Source of the DNA: Limisphaerales bacterium
GTDB taxonomy: Bacteria > Verrucomicrobiota > Verrucomicrobiia > Limisphaerales > SIBE01
Reading direction: 5' to 3'
Assembly: GCA_044225505.1 (NCBI GenBank)
Contig: JBGAIN010000074.1
Coordinates: 1-38,358 of the forward strand
DNA length: 38,358 bases
The notes under the pieces were generated by a model that worked only from the letters and a program-made list of their open reading frames with translations, was not told the DNA's origin and ran no database searches. Shown here one piece after another: positions 1 through 8,917 of the stretch (position 1 is the first letter of the stretch; every line of letters starts with the position of its first letter). Position numbers and translations under genes: made by a program.

Positions 1-441
1 CAGGAAGCCAGCTTGTGCAAACTGGGCCTTGGCTTTCAAGAGGGTTGCCCGATCGGCTTGGTACCCATCGCGGAATTCCTCAAGATAGACCTTGGTTAAA
101 CCGTTCTCTTTGCACCAACTGATTGCCTTTTGCAGGCCCGCGTCGGTAGAAAGCCGATCTCTCACATCCTGCGCGGTGAACAAAGTCGAGAATCGGTGAA
201 TCGATTGGGCTCGCCTTGCCAACGTCCAGAGAGCGTGATCAGGGCCGCTGTTTGATGGGTTGCCCCCAGGAGCTCCCCACGCGACCACCGCTCCAGCCAC
301 GGCCAGAACGAATCCCCATTGCCAACGGCGACGAGCGCTCGCCTCCAGGCATATTGTGGTATTGCTCCGCCCCGAGGCGGGAAGAACTTCTTTGGAATCA
401 AGTGATGGAGCTTGCCAAGGTTGCTGAGGCGCGACTTGCAT
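1..441 (-). CDS. Probable secreted/membrane-anchored hypothetical protein, truncated by the left window edge (missed by the ORF track)
   Basis: Manual translation gives an open frame from ATG 441 to base 1: ...RRRWQWGFVLAVAGAVVAWGA...IHRFSTLFTAQDVRDRLSTDAGLQKAISWCKENGLTKVYLEEFRDGYQADRATLLKAKAQFAQAGFL. It has a signal-like segment, then a globular alpha/beta pattern, and is co-oriented with the sugar operon. Start uncertain (the frame stays open further upstream). Confidence 0.65.
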   Translation of the reverse strand, partial: MQVAPQQPWQAPSLDSKEVLPASGRSNTTICLEASARRRWQWGFVLAVAGAVVAWGAPGGNPSNSGPDHALWTLARRAQSIHRFSTLFTAQDVRDRLSTDAGLQKAISWCKENGLTKVYLEEFRDGYQADRATLLKAKAQFAQAGFL

Positions 442-527
442 CAATCGGAATCGTGACGGATTTGAGCGACAGTCAGCCTTGACCTGCATCAACGGCAACT
501 CAGCGGGAGATCGGACATAGACGCCCG

Positions 528-1454
528 TCAATCCGTGGCGCGGAAGTCAGCCGACACCTCGATTTCCACCTTGGCATTGACTTCTGCATGCGGCTCCACA
601 TGGAGGCAGGTCCGCGCCGCTGCGGATTCCGCCAGCGACAGAGTCGGGGTCGTGCATGGCTCCAGGATGAGCACTTCCAAATCGCGCCATCCCCCAAACG
701 AAGCGAAGACCCAGACCGAGCGAAAGATCTCTTTCGGAAATTTCATTCGGAAACTCCAGCCTTCGTCGCGATGGCGCAAAGCGCACTCGCCTTCCTTCAA
801 ATCCAAGAGGTAGAGAAACTCCGTCGAACCGTTCATCGGCGGCACAACGTGGAGGTCGGGTGAGTTTCCCCAGTTGAATTCTTCGTCATGCTTTATTCGG
901 CTCCAAGAAGGATCGGCGGCGCGGGCCGTTGTCGCAGGCACGACGATCTCAGCGCCCGGGCTAACCTGCAGTGCCGGGTGTAGTTTCCACAACAGGTCCA
1001 GGGGTCGCCGTCCCACGTTCTGCAGCGAATATTCCAGGACCAACCGATTGCCCTCCAGGCGCAGTGACTTCGCATAGGAGAGCGGCGTAATGGGCAACTG
1101 ACCGGTCAGCGTGACTCCCTGCCCCTCGATCCTGGGCTCAAGCCGGGTCGTCCACAGTTCCCCGTGATCGACCAGCGATTCCCCATGGACACGCTCGGAT
1201 AAATCGTTCGGCAGGAGTTCGTCAAAGCCACCCACAAAGTGATCGTCGTAGTTCGCGCCGACAGGGAGGGAACGCAGTCGCTGCCTGGGATTATGCCAGA
1301 GGAATTCTCGCCCGGAAGGACGATGTTCGATGCTCCAGATCTTCCCCCCGAGCGTTGGCAAAACATCGATGCGCAACAAGTGATTCTCGAGGCGAACGAC
1401 GGGAACCCCTTGAAACGTCCAGTCTGAACTGATTTGAGTGCCGTCTGCGCGCAT
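528..1454 (-). CDS. Galactose mutarotase/aldose 1-epimerase-like protein (DUF5107-like)
   Basis: LEN..LRIDVLPTLGGKIWSI, GGFDELLP, DHGELW, WKLHPAL and LILEPCT motifs. ATG 1454 lies 2 bp after the symporter stop. Confidence 0.75.
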   Translation of the reverse strand: MRADGTQISSDWTFQGVPVVRLENHLLRIDVLPTLGGKIWSIEHRPSGREFLWHNPRQRLRSLPVGANYDDHFVGGFDELLPNDLSERVHGESLVDHGELWTTRLEPRIEGQGVTLTGQLPITPLSYAKSLRLEGNRLVLEYSLQNVGRRPLDLLWKLHPALQVSPGAEIVVPATTARAADPSWSRIKHDEEFNWGNSPDLHVVPPMNGSTEFLYLLDLKEGECALRHRDEGWSFRMKFPKEIFRSVWVFASFGGWRDLEVLILEPCTTPTLSLAESAAARTCLHVEPHAEVNAKVEIEVSADFRATD

Positions 1455-1456
1455 GG

Positions 1457-3079
1457 TCACCAATAGATGAGATAGATCAGTGTGTAGGTCAAAACGGCTA
1501 TGCCAGACCAGAACCCGACCCGTTGGAACCAAGGACGAACGCCTTTGGGACCCAGGTCCCAGGTCAGCGCAGGACTCCAAACGTGCTCTTTCGTTTCAGG
1601 TCGGTCAGTGCCTCGAGTGAGAATGCTCGTCACCACCATGAAGACCAAGGCCACCAACCAGAGGCAGAATGCGAAAGTGAACAGATGCATGCGGTAACCC
1701 ACCAGCGGCAGCGTGAGCCAGGAATTATCTCCCAGGACAAACGGGATCGCGACAAAGGGAAGGACCAGTACGAACGTCGCCGCGGCGGCCCGGCTCGTCG
1801 CCCCGGACCAGAACACTCCCAGCGTGAACGCCAGCATGATCGGGATCGCGAGAATCGACCAGGCGTTCTGAGAATAGACGAAGATATACTTGTAACGCAT
1901 CGCCACGAAGCTCAACGGCACGGACACGATCAGCGTGAGGATTCCAGCCCACCGACCGACTCGGACCATTTGGACCTCCGTCGCCTGCCGTTTTAACCAA
2001 CGTTGGTAAACGTCGATGGTGAAGACGGTCGCGTTGGCGTTCACCACCGAACTGACGGTCGACATAATTGCCGCCAAAACCGCCGCCACGACAAATCCGC
2101 GTAAACCCGGTCCAAGGAAATGGCTCACCAAGTGTGGCAGGGCGGCATTCGCATCGGGACTGCCTTCCGGTCCGTTGGGGAGCGGCGGGAGCAACCCTTG
2201 ACTCAGAAGATCACGCGCGATGTATCCGGGAAACGCACAGCAGAGAGTGAGAACAGGGCCCAAAAACGCAGTCAGCAGCACTCCCATTTGACCGTGCCAT
2301 CGGTCTTTCGCTCCCAGACACGATTGCACGTAAAACTGATTGGTGCAGCAGTACCAAACGTTGGTGGAAAGCGCCAAAAGCACCAGCCCCGGCCAGGGCA
2401 TGCAATTGTCCTGCAGGCCACGAATCAGATGGGGTTCGGGCATGCGGCTTAGGAGCCCGCTCCAGCCACCAGGAACGTGCGCCAGCCCCAAGGCGAAGAC
2501 CGCCAGGCCGCCCGCAAGCAGCAAGACGCATTGGAACGTGTCGGTCCAAGCGACTGATGACATGCCCCCGGCCACGGTGTAGATTCCAGTGAAGACCGCC
2601 AGAAAAAGAACTGCCAAAACAGGGTTTAATCCGAGGAAATGCTTTAGTGCTGTAGCTCCTAAGGCCAGCACCATCACCAAGGTGACGCAGGCATTATTGA
2701 ACAGCGTATACCCGGTAAACAGAACTCGTGTCCTGGGGCTGTAACGCTTCTCTAAGTACTCCGGAATCGTGGTGATGCCGCTGCGCAGGTAAACCGGGAG
2801 AAAGATCAGCACCATCAAGATCAACGACGGAAATACGGCTAAATCCCAATTCGAAACAACCAGCCCAACGTCCATTCCATAGCCAACCTCGCCAAGCATT
2901 TGCTCGGCACTGATTCCAGCCGCTACCATCGTAAATCCGACCACCCACCAAGGCAGCGCTTTCTCCGTGACAAAAAAATCCTTCGACGAATTCTTGGCGC
3001 GCCGCGCCGACCAAAATCCAATTCCGAGCGTTGCCAGGAAATAGCCACCCACGATGACATAGTCGACCAGGGTTAGCAT
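1457..3079 (-). CDS. Sodium:solute symporter (SSS/SLC5 family, SGLT-like)
   Basis: 540 aa polytopic membrane protein; DFF...LPWW, TIPEYLEKRY, YTVAGG..SVAWTD, AAIMSTVSS.VN. Confidence 0.93.
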   Translation of the reverse strand: MLTLVDYVIVGGYFLATLGIGFWSARRAKNSSKDFFVTEKALPWWVVGFTMVAAGISAEQMLGEVGYGMDVGLVVSNWDLAVFPSLILMVLIFLPVYLRSGITTIPEYLEKRYSPRTRVLFTGYTLFNNACVTLVMVLALGATALKHFLGLNPVLAVLFLAVFTGIYTVAGGMSSVAWTDTFQCVLLLAGGLAVFALGLAHVPGGWSGLLSRMPEPHLIRGLQDNCMPWPGLVLLALSTNVWYCCTNQFYVQSCLGAKDRWHGQMGVLLTAFLGPVLTLCCAFPGYIARDLLSQGLLPPLPNGPEGSPDANAALPHLVSHFLGPGLRGFVVAAVLAAIMSTVSSVVNANATVFTIDVYQRWLKRQATEVQMVRVGRWAGILTLIVSVPLSFVAMRYKYIFVYSQNAWSILAIPIMLAFTLGVFWSGATSRAAAATFVLVLPFVAIPFVLGDNSWLTLPLVGYRMHLFTFAFCLWLVALVFMVVTSILTRGTDRPETKEHVWSPALTWDLGPKGVRPWFQRVGFWSGIAVLTYTLIYLIYW

Positions 3080-3090
3080 GGGAAGTAGCT

Positions 3091-3864
3091 CTAGAAAGTA
3101 ATGGAGAGCCCGCCGTCAACGACAATCGATTCGCCCGTGATATAAGAGCTGTCTGGCCCAGCTAAGAACAGGATCACGCGCGCGATTTCCTCGGGCTGCC
3201 CAGCTCGGGCCAGCGGAATACGGCGGCGCTTGACGTAGATTTCCCGGAACGTATCCGATTCCAGTTCGTTGATCCCATTGACCACCGCCATGGATGTATT
3301 CACAAATCCCGGGGAAACCCCGTTCACCAAGATCTGATAGGGCGCGAGTTCCACCGCCAAAGTCCGCGTGAGTTGGTCCATCCCCCCTTTCGCAACATCA
3401 TAATGTGAAGACTGATTCTCAGCGAGAAAGCCATGGACCGACGAGACGTTGATCAGTCGTCCCCCGTTTCCCTGCTTCACCATCTGAGCCGCAGCCGACC
3501 GGGCACACCGCACTGCGCCTAACAAGTTCACTTCTAACACCCGCATCCAATCCGCGAGCGGGTCATTGATGAAGTCGTGTGGGCGGAACAGCGCCGCATT
3601 GTTAACCAGGATATCCAAACGACCGAAAGCGTTGATCGCAGACTCGACCAAATGCTCTGCGGCACCGGGCGCGCCCAGGTCGACAACCGCCGCCGCAGCC
3701 TGCCCCCCCTGGACCTGAATGGAGGACACCACCGATTCGACCTCCGATGCAGTTCTTCCGTTGATGATGACTGAAGCTCCCTCGGCTGCCAGTAGCTCCG
3801 CAGCAGCGCGCCCGATTCCACGCCCGCTGCCGGTAACAATCGCCACTTTGTTTTTGAAGCGCAT
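3091..3864 (-). CDS. Short-chain dehydrogenase/reductase (SDR)
   Basis: TGSGRGIG, NNA, catalytic YDVAK, PGFVNT, YITGESIVVDGG. Start placed at MRFKNK. Confidence 0.93.
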   Translation of the reverse strand: MRFKNKVAIVTGSGRGIGRAAAELLAAEGASVIINGRTASEVESVVSSIQVQGGQAAAAVVDLGAPGAAEHLVESAINAFGRLDILVNNAALFRPHDFINDPLADWMRVLEVNLLGAVRCARSAAAQMVKQGNGGRLINVSSVHGFLAENQSSHYDVAKGGMDQLTRTLAVELAPYQILVNGVSPGFVNTSMAVVNGINELESDTFREIYVKRRRIPLARAGQPEEIARVILFLAGPDSSYITGESIVVDGGLSITF

Positions 3865-3876
3865 GGTGTGTGCCGC

Positions 3877-3906
3877 GATGTAAACAGCCGCAGCCCTCCC
3901 TGTCAA
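3877..3906 (-). promoter_or_regulatory. Putative sigma70-type promoter for the SDR-SSS operon
   Basis: TTGACA-N18-TACATC ending 12 nt before the ATG at 3864. Confidence 0.35.
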
Positions 3907-4052
3907 AAGGCGTTTATCCAAGTGCTGCGGATCTCGACGACCCGTTGTGCTGACAACCACGGTCAAATGTTAACCAATTAATGCGAAGCTTAGGTTCTCT
4001 CGGACTTCTAGGATCAATCGGTTGAACCGGAATTCCCCGGTCCCATGGAATT

Positions 4053-4376
4053 ATGCCGTCCGCACTGTCATCGAAAGCCCCCTCACAGCGCAAACTTCAC
4101 GCAAAGTCTCGCCGCAGTGCCGCACTGCCTCGTACCCGCTACTACGTGGACATCGACATGTGCGGCGGCGAACTGTTCGAGAACTTCAATCTCTACGAAT
4201 TCTGCGAACTGTTGCAGAAGTTGGTTCCAGCCATTGAAGTTGTCCCGGTCCTGAATCAGACATGTCGCCCAGCGGGCGCGAATCAAGAACTCGTATCGCC
4301 ATCGACCTTTGACCAAGCCCTCGTGCACTATTATCGCCAGTCCCCAAAGCGTGAAAGCGCCGCCCGGCGTGCTTGA
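4053..4376 (+). CDS. Hypothetical protein (107 aa)
   Basis: ATG start and protein-like core (YYVDIDMCGGELFENFNLYEFCELLQKLVP). The stop overlaps the first possible TTG of the nitroreductase frame. Confidence 0.55.
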   Translation: MPSALSSKAPSQRKLHAKSRRSAALPRTRYYVDIDMCGGELFENFNLYEFCELLQKLVPAIEVVPVLNQTCRPAGANQELVSPSTFDQALVHYYRQSPKRESAARRA

Positions 4377-4408
4377 TTGAATCCTCGATTTACAAAAGTG
4401 CATCCCTC

Positions 4409-5002
4409 ATGAACTCAAAGCCGTCTGCCAACGCCTCCACGCACCCCGTGGATGACTTGTCTGCCGCACGCCTCGACTTCTTCGAAGTGCTTCGGATGCG
4501 GCGATCCATCCGCGCCTTCAGCCCGCACCTGGTCGAAGAAGAAAAACTTCAGCGTATTCTTGCCGCGGCCAATAGCGCTCCCTCCGCGGGGAATCTGCAG
4601 GGGTACGAAATCGTGGTCATTCGAGAACAGAAACTACGACAAGCGCTGGTTCCTGCCGTCTACAACCAGGCGTTCGTTGCTGAAGCGCCAGTATTTCTGA
4701 TGTTCTGTGCCCACCGCCAAAGGTCCGAAGTCAAATATGGCCTGGAAGGCGGCGAATTCTTCGCTCTGCAGGACGCGACGATCGCCTGCGCCTACGCGGA
4801 ATTGGCGGTGGCCGCACTAGGCCTGGCCACAGTGTGGATTGGGGCACTGAATATCTCTCAGATCCGCGACTTGACTGGAATTCCGCCCGCCTGGAAGCCC
4901 ATCGCTATTCTTCCGATTGGTTACCGGCGCGAGGACCCGCCTGCCACCGAGCGTCGGCGGCTGCAAGATTTAGTTCACGAGTTGCCCCGCCAGAGCGCTT
5001 AA
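4409..5002 (+). CDS. Nitroreductase family protein
   Basis: RRSIRAF, APSAGNLQ, LAVAALGLATVWIG, ILPIGY. Alternative TTG start at 4373. Confidence 0.92.
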   Translation: MNSKPSANASTHPVDDLSAARLDFFEVLRMRRSIRAFSPHLVEEEKLQRILAAANSAPSAGNLQGYEIVVIREQKLRQALVPAVYNQAFVAEAPVFLMFCAHRQRSEVKYGLEGGEFFALQDATIACAYAELAVAALGLATVWIGALNISQIRDLTGIPPAWKPIAILPIGYRREDPPATERRRLQDLVHELPRQSA

Positions 5003-5032
5003 GGAGAGATCGATCTTCGCAAGCCCAAACGC

Positions 5033-5067
5033 AAACGCTAACTGTCCGAGTCGCGGACGAAGCGTTT
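5033..5067. terminator. Hairpin between convergent nitroreductase and hisS
   Basis: AAACGCT/AGCGTTT outer stem with inner GTCCG/CGGAC stem. Confidence 0.45.
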
Positions 5068-5070
5068 ACG

Positions 5071-6351
5071 TCAGGCGCCTCGCATCGCTTTCAGTTTTAG
5101 ACAGAGCGGCGATTCAAGAGCCTCAGTCAAAGTCGGCGCAATCACTTCCTCACGGCTCTGCAAGCTCCGCAAGACAATCTGAGCTTCGCCCGTCGTCGTG
5201 AGTTGGACGCGGGCGGTGAATTTGGCATTAAGCTCCAGAGCTCGCTTCATTTGCTTGTCCGGCTTCATGGAGGTGAACGGGTAATCCACCACGCAAAAGG
5301 CACGTAAGTCCTGCACGAGCTTCAAAGACAAGGGCCGCAAGGATTCATCCTCCACCGTCACAAACAGGTCGATGGCAGGTTTAAAGATCGGCAAGAGCTT
5401 TCGCTCCTTGAGCAACTCGAGCAGGACCACATCTCCCATGCCAAACCCCAAAGCAGGCAAGTGCACCTTCCCTCCGGAGATTAATTGGATCAAATTATCG
5501 TATCGTCCCCCTCCAGCAATCGCTCGAAAAGCACCCTTCCGGTCGAAGGCTTCAAAGACGATCCCCGTATAATAGGCCAACCCCCGAATGACGTTGTAGT
5601 CGACCTTGACGAAATCGCTGAGACCGCGGGCTGCCAGATTGGCGACAACTGCGGAAATCTCGGCAGTGGGCTCGCCCCGTTGGATAAACGCTTCAACCTC
5701 GGCCAGCGAAAATCCTAGCGCCTTGAGCTTTTGATCGCTCACTGACGGATCTTCACGCTCCAGCTTGTCAACAATCTGATAGAACTCGTAGGATTTTTCC
5801 TGATCCGAAGTGCGTTGCAGGAAGAATTGCTGCCACGCATTGCGACTGCTCAAGCGCAACACAAAGTCTTCCGCAGTGAGGCCGAAAGCCCGCAGCGTAT
5901 CGATGAGCAACGCCACTAATTCTGCATCGACGGCGGGATCCGCGTCCCCAACGATATCCGCGTTTAGTTGAAAGTGTTCCCGGAGGCGGCCCTTTTGCTG
6001 GCGTTCGTAGCGAAAGAGTTGCGGAATCGCGAACCACTTGATCGGTTTTTTATAGTTTCTCTCGTGACCGGCGACCAGGCGGGCCAGGGTGGGCGTCATT
6101 TCCGGGCGTAAAGCCACCGCTCGATCCCCTTTATCGACGAAATTGTAGAGCTGCCCAACGATCTCCGCTCCGCTCTTTAGCGTATAAAGTTCAAGGGGCT
6201 CTAACGGCGGGCCGTCATACTCGCTAAAGGCATAACGACGAGCAACATCGCGCCAGCGATCAAAAATAAACTGACGTGCCTCTGCGCTCCAAACGCTGGG
6301 ATGCGGAAGGGGCTCAGGATAAAAATCGCGGAAGCCGGGTAAGCGTTCCAT
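5071..6351 (-). CDS. hisS: Histidine--tRNA ligase
   Basis: LPGFRDFYP, LRPEMTP, FRYERQQKGRLREHFQ, RGLAYYTG, GGGRYD, GFGMG. Confidence 0.97.
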   Translation of the reverse strand: MERLPGFRDFYPEPLPHPSVWSAEARQFIFDRWRDVARRYAFSEYDGPPLEPLELYTLKSGAEIVGQLYNFVDKGDRAVALRPEMTPTLARLVAGHERNYKKPIKWFAIPQLFRYERQQKGRLREHFQLNADIVGDADPAVDAELVALLIDTLRAFGLTAEDFVLRLSSRNAWQQFFLQRTSDQEKSYEFYQIVDKLEREDPSVSDQKLKALGFSLAEVEAFIQRGEPTAEISAVVANLAARGLSDFVKVDYNVIRGLAYYTGIVFEAFDRKGAFRAIAGGGRYDNLIQLISGGKVHLPALGFGMGDVVLLELLKERKLLPIFKPAIDLFVTVEDESLRPLSLKLVQDLRAFCVVDYPFTSMKPDKQMKRALELNAKFTARVQLTTTGEAQIVLRSLQSREEVIAPTLTEALESPLCLKLKAMRGA

Positions 6352-6402
6352 GAACGAAAGGAAATGGCGCTCCGGTTAAATCCGCAACGCAGACAAGCTC
6401 GG

Positions 6403-6774
6403 TTAAGGCTGACTTGGACGTGGAGCAGGCGCTGGCGCACTGGCAGCTACTTGCGGCTGACCGGCAGGCTTGGCAGACGGACCATCGTCCGGCGTCAAAC
6501 GCAACACAGCCTCACGCATCTCTTTGCCAGGCTTAAACTTCACCACCGCACGGGGCGGGATACGGACGTCGGCCGCGGGCGCGTTTGGATTACGGCCCAC
6601 GCGCGCTTTCCGGATCTTCACTTCGAAAACTCCGAAGTTGCGTAGTTCAACCTTGGTCCCTTTTGCTACGGCCTCGCCAATATAGTCCAGGGTTTTCTGA
6701 ACGACATTGAGCACGTCCTGCTGAACCAGCCCGGTTTCCTCGCTGATGCGAACTACCAGGTCACGCTTTGTCAT
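6403..6774 (-). CDS. HU/IHF family DNA-binding protein with Pro/Ala-rich C-tail
   Basis: MTKRDLV, VELRNFGVFEV, RKARVGRNP, VKFKPGK. Alternative start at 6804. Confidence 0.93.
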   Translation of the reverse strand: MTKRDLVVRISEETGLVQQDVLNVVQKTLDYIGEAVAKGTKVELRNFGVFEVKIRKARVGRNPNAPAADVRIPPRAVVKFKPGKEMREAVLRLTPDDGPSAKPAGQPQVAASAPAPAPRPSQP

Positions 6775-6836
6775 AGACTTTTCGTTTGGGTTTGGGTTTG
6801 GCATTGTAAGCACTTGGGTTCAGGCCACAACCACCG

Positions 6837-6865
6837 GGTATAAACTTCACAGCCATACTGGTCAA
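6837..6865 (-). promoter_or_regulatory. Putative promoter for HU-hisS
   Basis: TTGACC-N17-TATACC in the intergenic gap. Confidence 0.45.
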
Positions 6866-6903
6866 GAACGTAAAATCGACACTTGGCAGGCCAAAACTCG
6901 CAT

Positions 6904-7452
6904 CTAAAAGTGGGAGACAACGAATGCGGCATCAAACCAGAGGCCATTAAAGTCAAATTGTAGCAACGGCGGATCAAAGCTTCCCTGGACCCAAAAGACC
7001 TCGTTGCGCCCTCGCAACAAAGCCAGAACTTCATCAAACATCGCGCCATCCAATCCAATTAGGTGATACCGGTTACGGCGTAAACTGGCCTTCGTCATTG
7101 CATAAAACAACGCTTCGGCAGCAGTCAAGGATCGGTGTATCACCCAGATTTCCGCTTCCGGCACCTTGACCGACAGCTTATCTAGCTTGCCAACGGACGG
7201 TTCGCCACATTCGACCCACAATTTTGGACGCAGTTCGTAGTCGAGTTGGACGAGATCCGGTCGAAATGGGATAGCGTCCGCATGGAGTTCAACCCCGATC
7301 TGGAGGCGCTCCCGAAAGAAGAGCAGAAACCCCAGCGCTTTGAGTAATACCGTCTCTAAAGCCTCAGTATCCTGCTGCCCTACAATGATTTTAGGCGGCA
7401 GCTCCTGACGGCCGCTCGCATCGCGCAACCGAAACGAGTATTTGCCACCCAT
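6904..7452 (-). CDS. YaeQ family protein
   Basis: E..ETVLLK.L.F.LF, PDLVQLD, LWVECGEPS..KL.K: YaeQ-like PD-(D/E)xK-type pattern. Confidence 0.75.
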   Translation of the reverse strand: MGGKYSFRLRDASGRQELPPKIIVGQQDTEALETVLLKALGFLLFFRERLQIGVELHADAIPFRPDLVQLDYELRPKLWVECGEPSVGKLDKLSVKVPEAEIWVIHRSLTAAEALFYAMTKASLRRNRYHLIGLDGAMFDEVLALLRGRNEVFWVQGSFDPPLLQFDFNGLWFDAAFVVSHF

Positions 7453-7512
7453 AGGGAATCTCTCCGCTCCGGCGTCGCTCCTTCGTTCCTCTCGTAAGAA
7501 GTCGCCGCAAGT

Positions 7513-8823
7513 TCACCGTTTCATCCGGCGTCCTCTTGAACGGCTCATCCCTTCCTCGATTTCATCGACTTCAATGGGCACATCCGCCATTAAATCTTGA
7601 GCTCCGGATTCTGTCACACGGACGGTGTTCTCCAGCCGAATCCCGAAGCCTTCCTCCGCGATATAAATGGCTGGTTCGCAAGTCAAAACCCAGCCTGGCT
7701 GGAGGGTTGCCGTCAAATCCAACACGTCATGCACGTCCAGACCAATGGGATGCGCCACGCCATGCATGAAGAACTTTCGAACCGCCGGATTGTCCGGATC
7801 CTGTTTCTTGATCTGCGACGGCTTTAACAATCCAAGCTCAAGGCACTCCTTCTCGATCAAGGCCTCGGTGTCTTTTCTCAAATCAAAAATCGTCTTGCCA
7901 GGGATCATCAGGGCCATGACTTTTCGAAACACTCGCAGAACCGCTTGATACACCTGTTTTTGCCGCCGTGTGAAGCGACCACTCACCGGAATGGTCCGGG
8001 TTAGATCGGACATGTAATTGCCGTAGCTCGCAGCGACATCCAGCAGGACAACGTCCCCGTCCTGGCACGCCTGATCGTTCTGGATGTAATGCAAGATGCA
8101 ACTGTTAGCGCCCGCCGCGATGATGGGCAAATAGGCAAAACCAGCTCGGTTCCGGATAAATTCGTGAGCGAACTCCGCTTCGATCTCCGCTTCATTGACT
8201 CCAGGACGAACGAAGTTCATTACGCGTTCAAAGCCCTGGCCCGTAATCCGGCTCGCCCGCTCGATGAGGGCCACTTCCAAGGGTGACTTAGTCATCCGCA
8301 ATTGGTGCATCAATGTCGCCAGCCGGGCATAGGTATGCAGCGGATAGCGGCGTTGGCACTCCTCGACAAAGCGCGCATCCCGACTCTGCACTTCCACGCG
8401 CGCTCGATAATGCTCGTTGCTATTGAGGTAGACCCGCTCGGCTTGGCACATGAGCTGGTGGAACACAGCAGGAAATTCCGACAGCCATTTCACGGTCCTG
8501 ATCCCGGAGACGCGCGCGGCTTCTTCGCGGCTCAGTTTGTGTCCTTCCCAGATCCGCAAGAGCTCGCTGGGTTCACGGAGGAAAAGCACTTCGCGGAGCT
8601 TCGAGTCGAACGCGTCGGGAGCAAGGACCAGGATCGATTCTTCCTGGCGAACCCCCGAGAGATAAAACAAGTCCGCATTCTGGTGGAAAGCGAACGTTCC
8701 ATCCGCATTGGTGGGCAACACGTCGTTAGCGTTCGCCACGGCAACGGAGCCTTTGGGCAATAACGCACGCAATCGCTCGCGATTTTCGATGAAGAGCTGA
8801 GGATCAATCGCAACGGGCTTCAT
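7513..8823 (-). CDS. pepP: Xaa-Pro aminopeptidase (M24B)
   Basis: FHQNADLFYLSG, LHYIQND, LLDVAASY..Y.SDLTRT, HGVAHPIGLDVHD, TCEPAIY, GIRLEN. Confidence 0.93.
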   Translation of the reverse strand: MKPVAIDPQLFIENRERLRALLPKGSVAVANANDVLPTNADGTFAFHQNADLFYLSGVRQEESILVLAPDAFDSKLREVLFLREPSELLRIWEGHKLSREEAARVSGIRTVKWLSEFPAVFHQLMCQAERVYLNSNEHYRARVEVQSRDARFVEECQRRYPLHTYARLATLMHQLRMTKSPLEVALIERASRITGQGFERVMNFVRPGVNEAEIEAEFAHEFIRNRAGFAYLPIIAAGANSCILHYIQNDQACQDGDVVLLDVAASYGNYMSDLTRTIPVSGRFTRRQKQVYQAVLRVFRKVMALMIPGKTIFDLRKDTEALIEKECLELGLLKPSQIKKQDPDNPAVRKFFMHGVAHPIGLDVHDVLDLTATLQPGWVLTCEPAIYIAEEGFGIRLENTVRVTESGAQDLMADVPIEVDEIEEGMSRSRGRRMKR

Positions 8824-8865
8824 GATTAGTCTGGAATGCAGCGGGGACGAGTTGTTGTACAGAGA

Positions 8866-8897
8866 AACGTCCGCCTGCCACTTGGCAGACGGACGTT
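8866..8897 (-). terminator. Intrinsic terminator after the pyrophosphatase gene
   Basis: AACGTCCGTCTGCCA-AG-TGGCAGGCGGACGTT near-perfect 15-bp stem followed by TCTCT on the minus strand, 20 nt after the stop. Confidence 0.7.
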
Positions 8898-8917
8898 AGG
8901 ATTCATGCAGACCGATG

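Noticed and set aside
162..482. ORF-track calls 162..401(-) and 216..482(+)
   Set aside because: They overlap the more protein-like minus frame running off the left edge and have atypical composition.
6785..6801. (TTTGGG)n telomere-like or phase-variable repeat
   Set aside because: Under three units, in-frame hexamer (PNPNPN if the 6804 start is used); too short to support a function.
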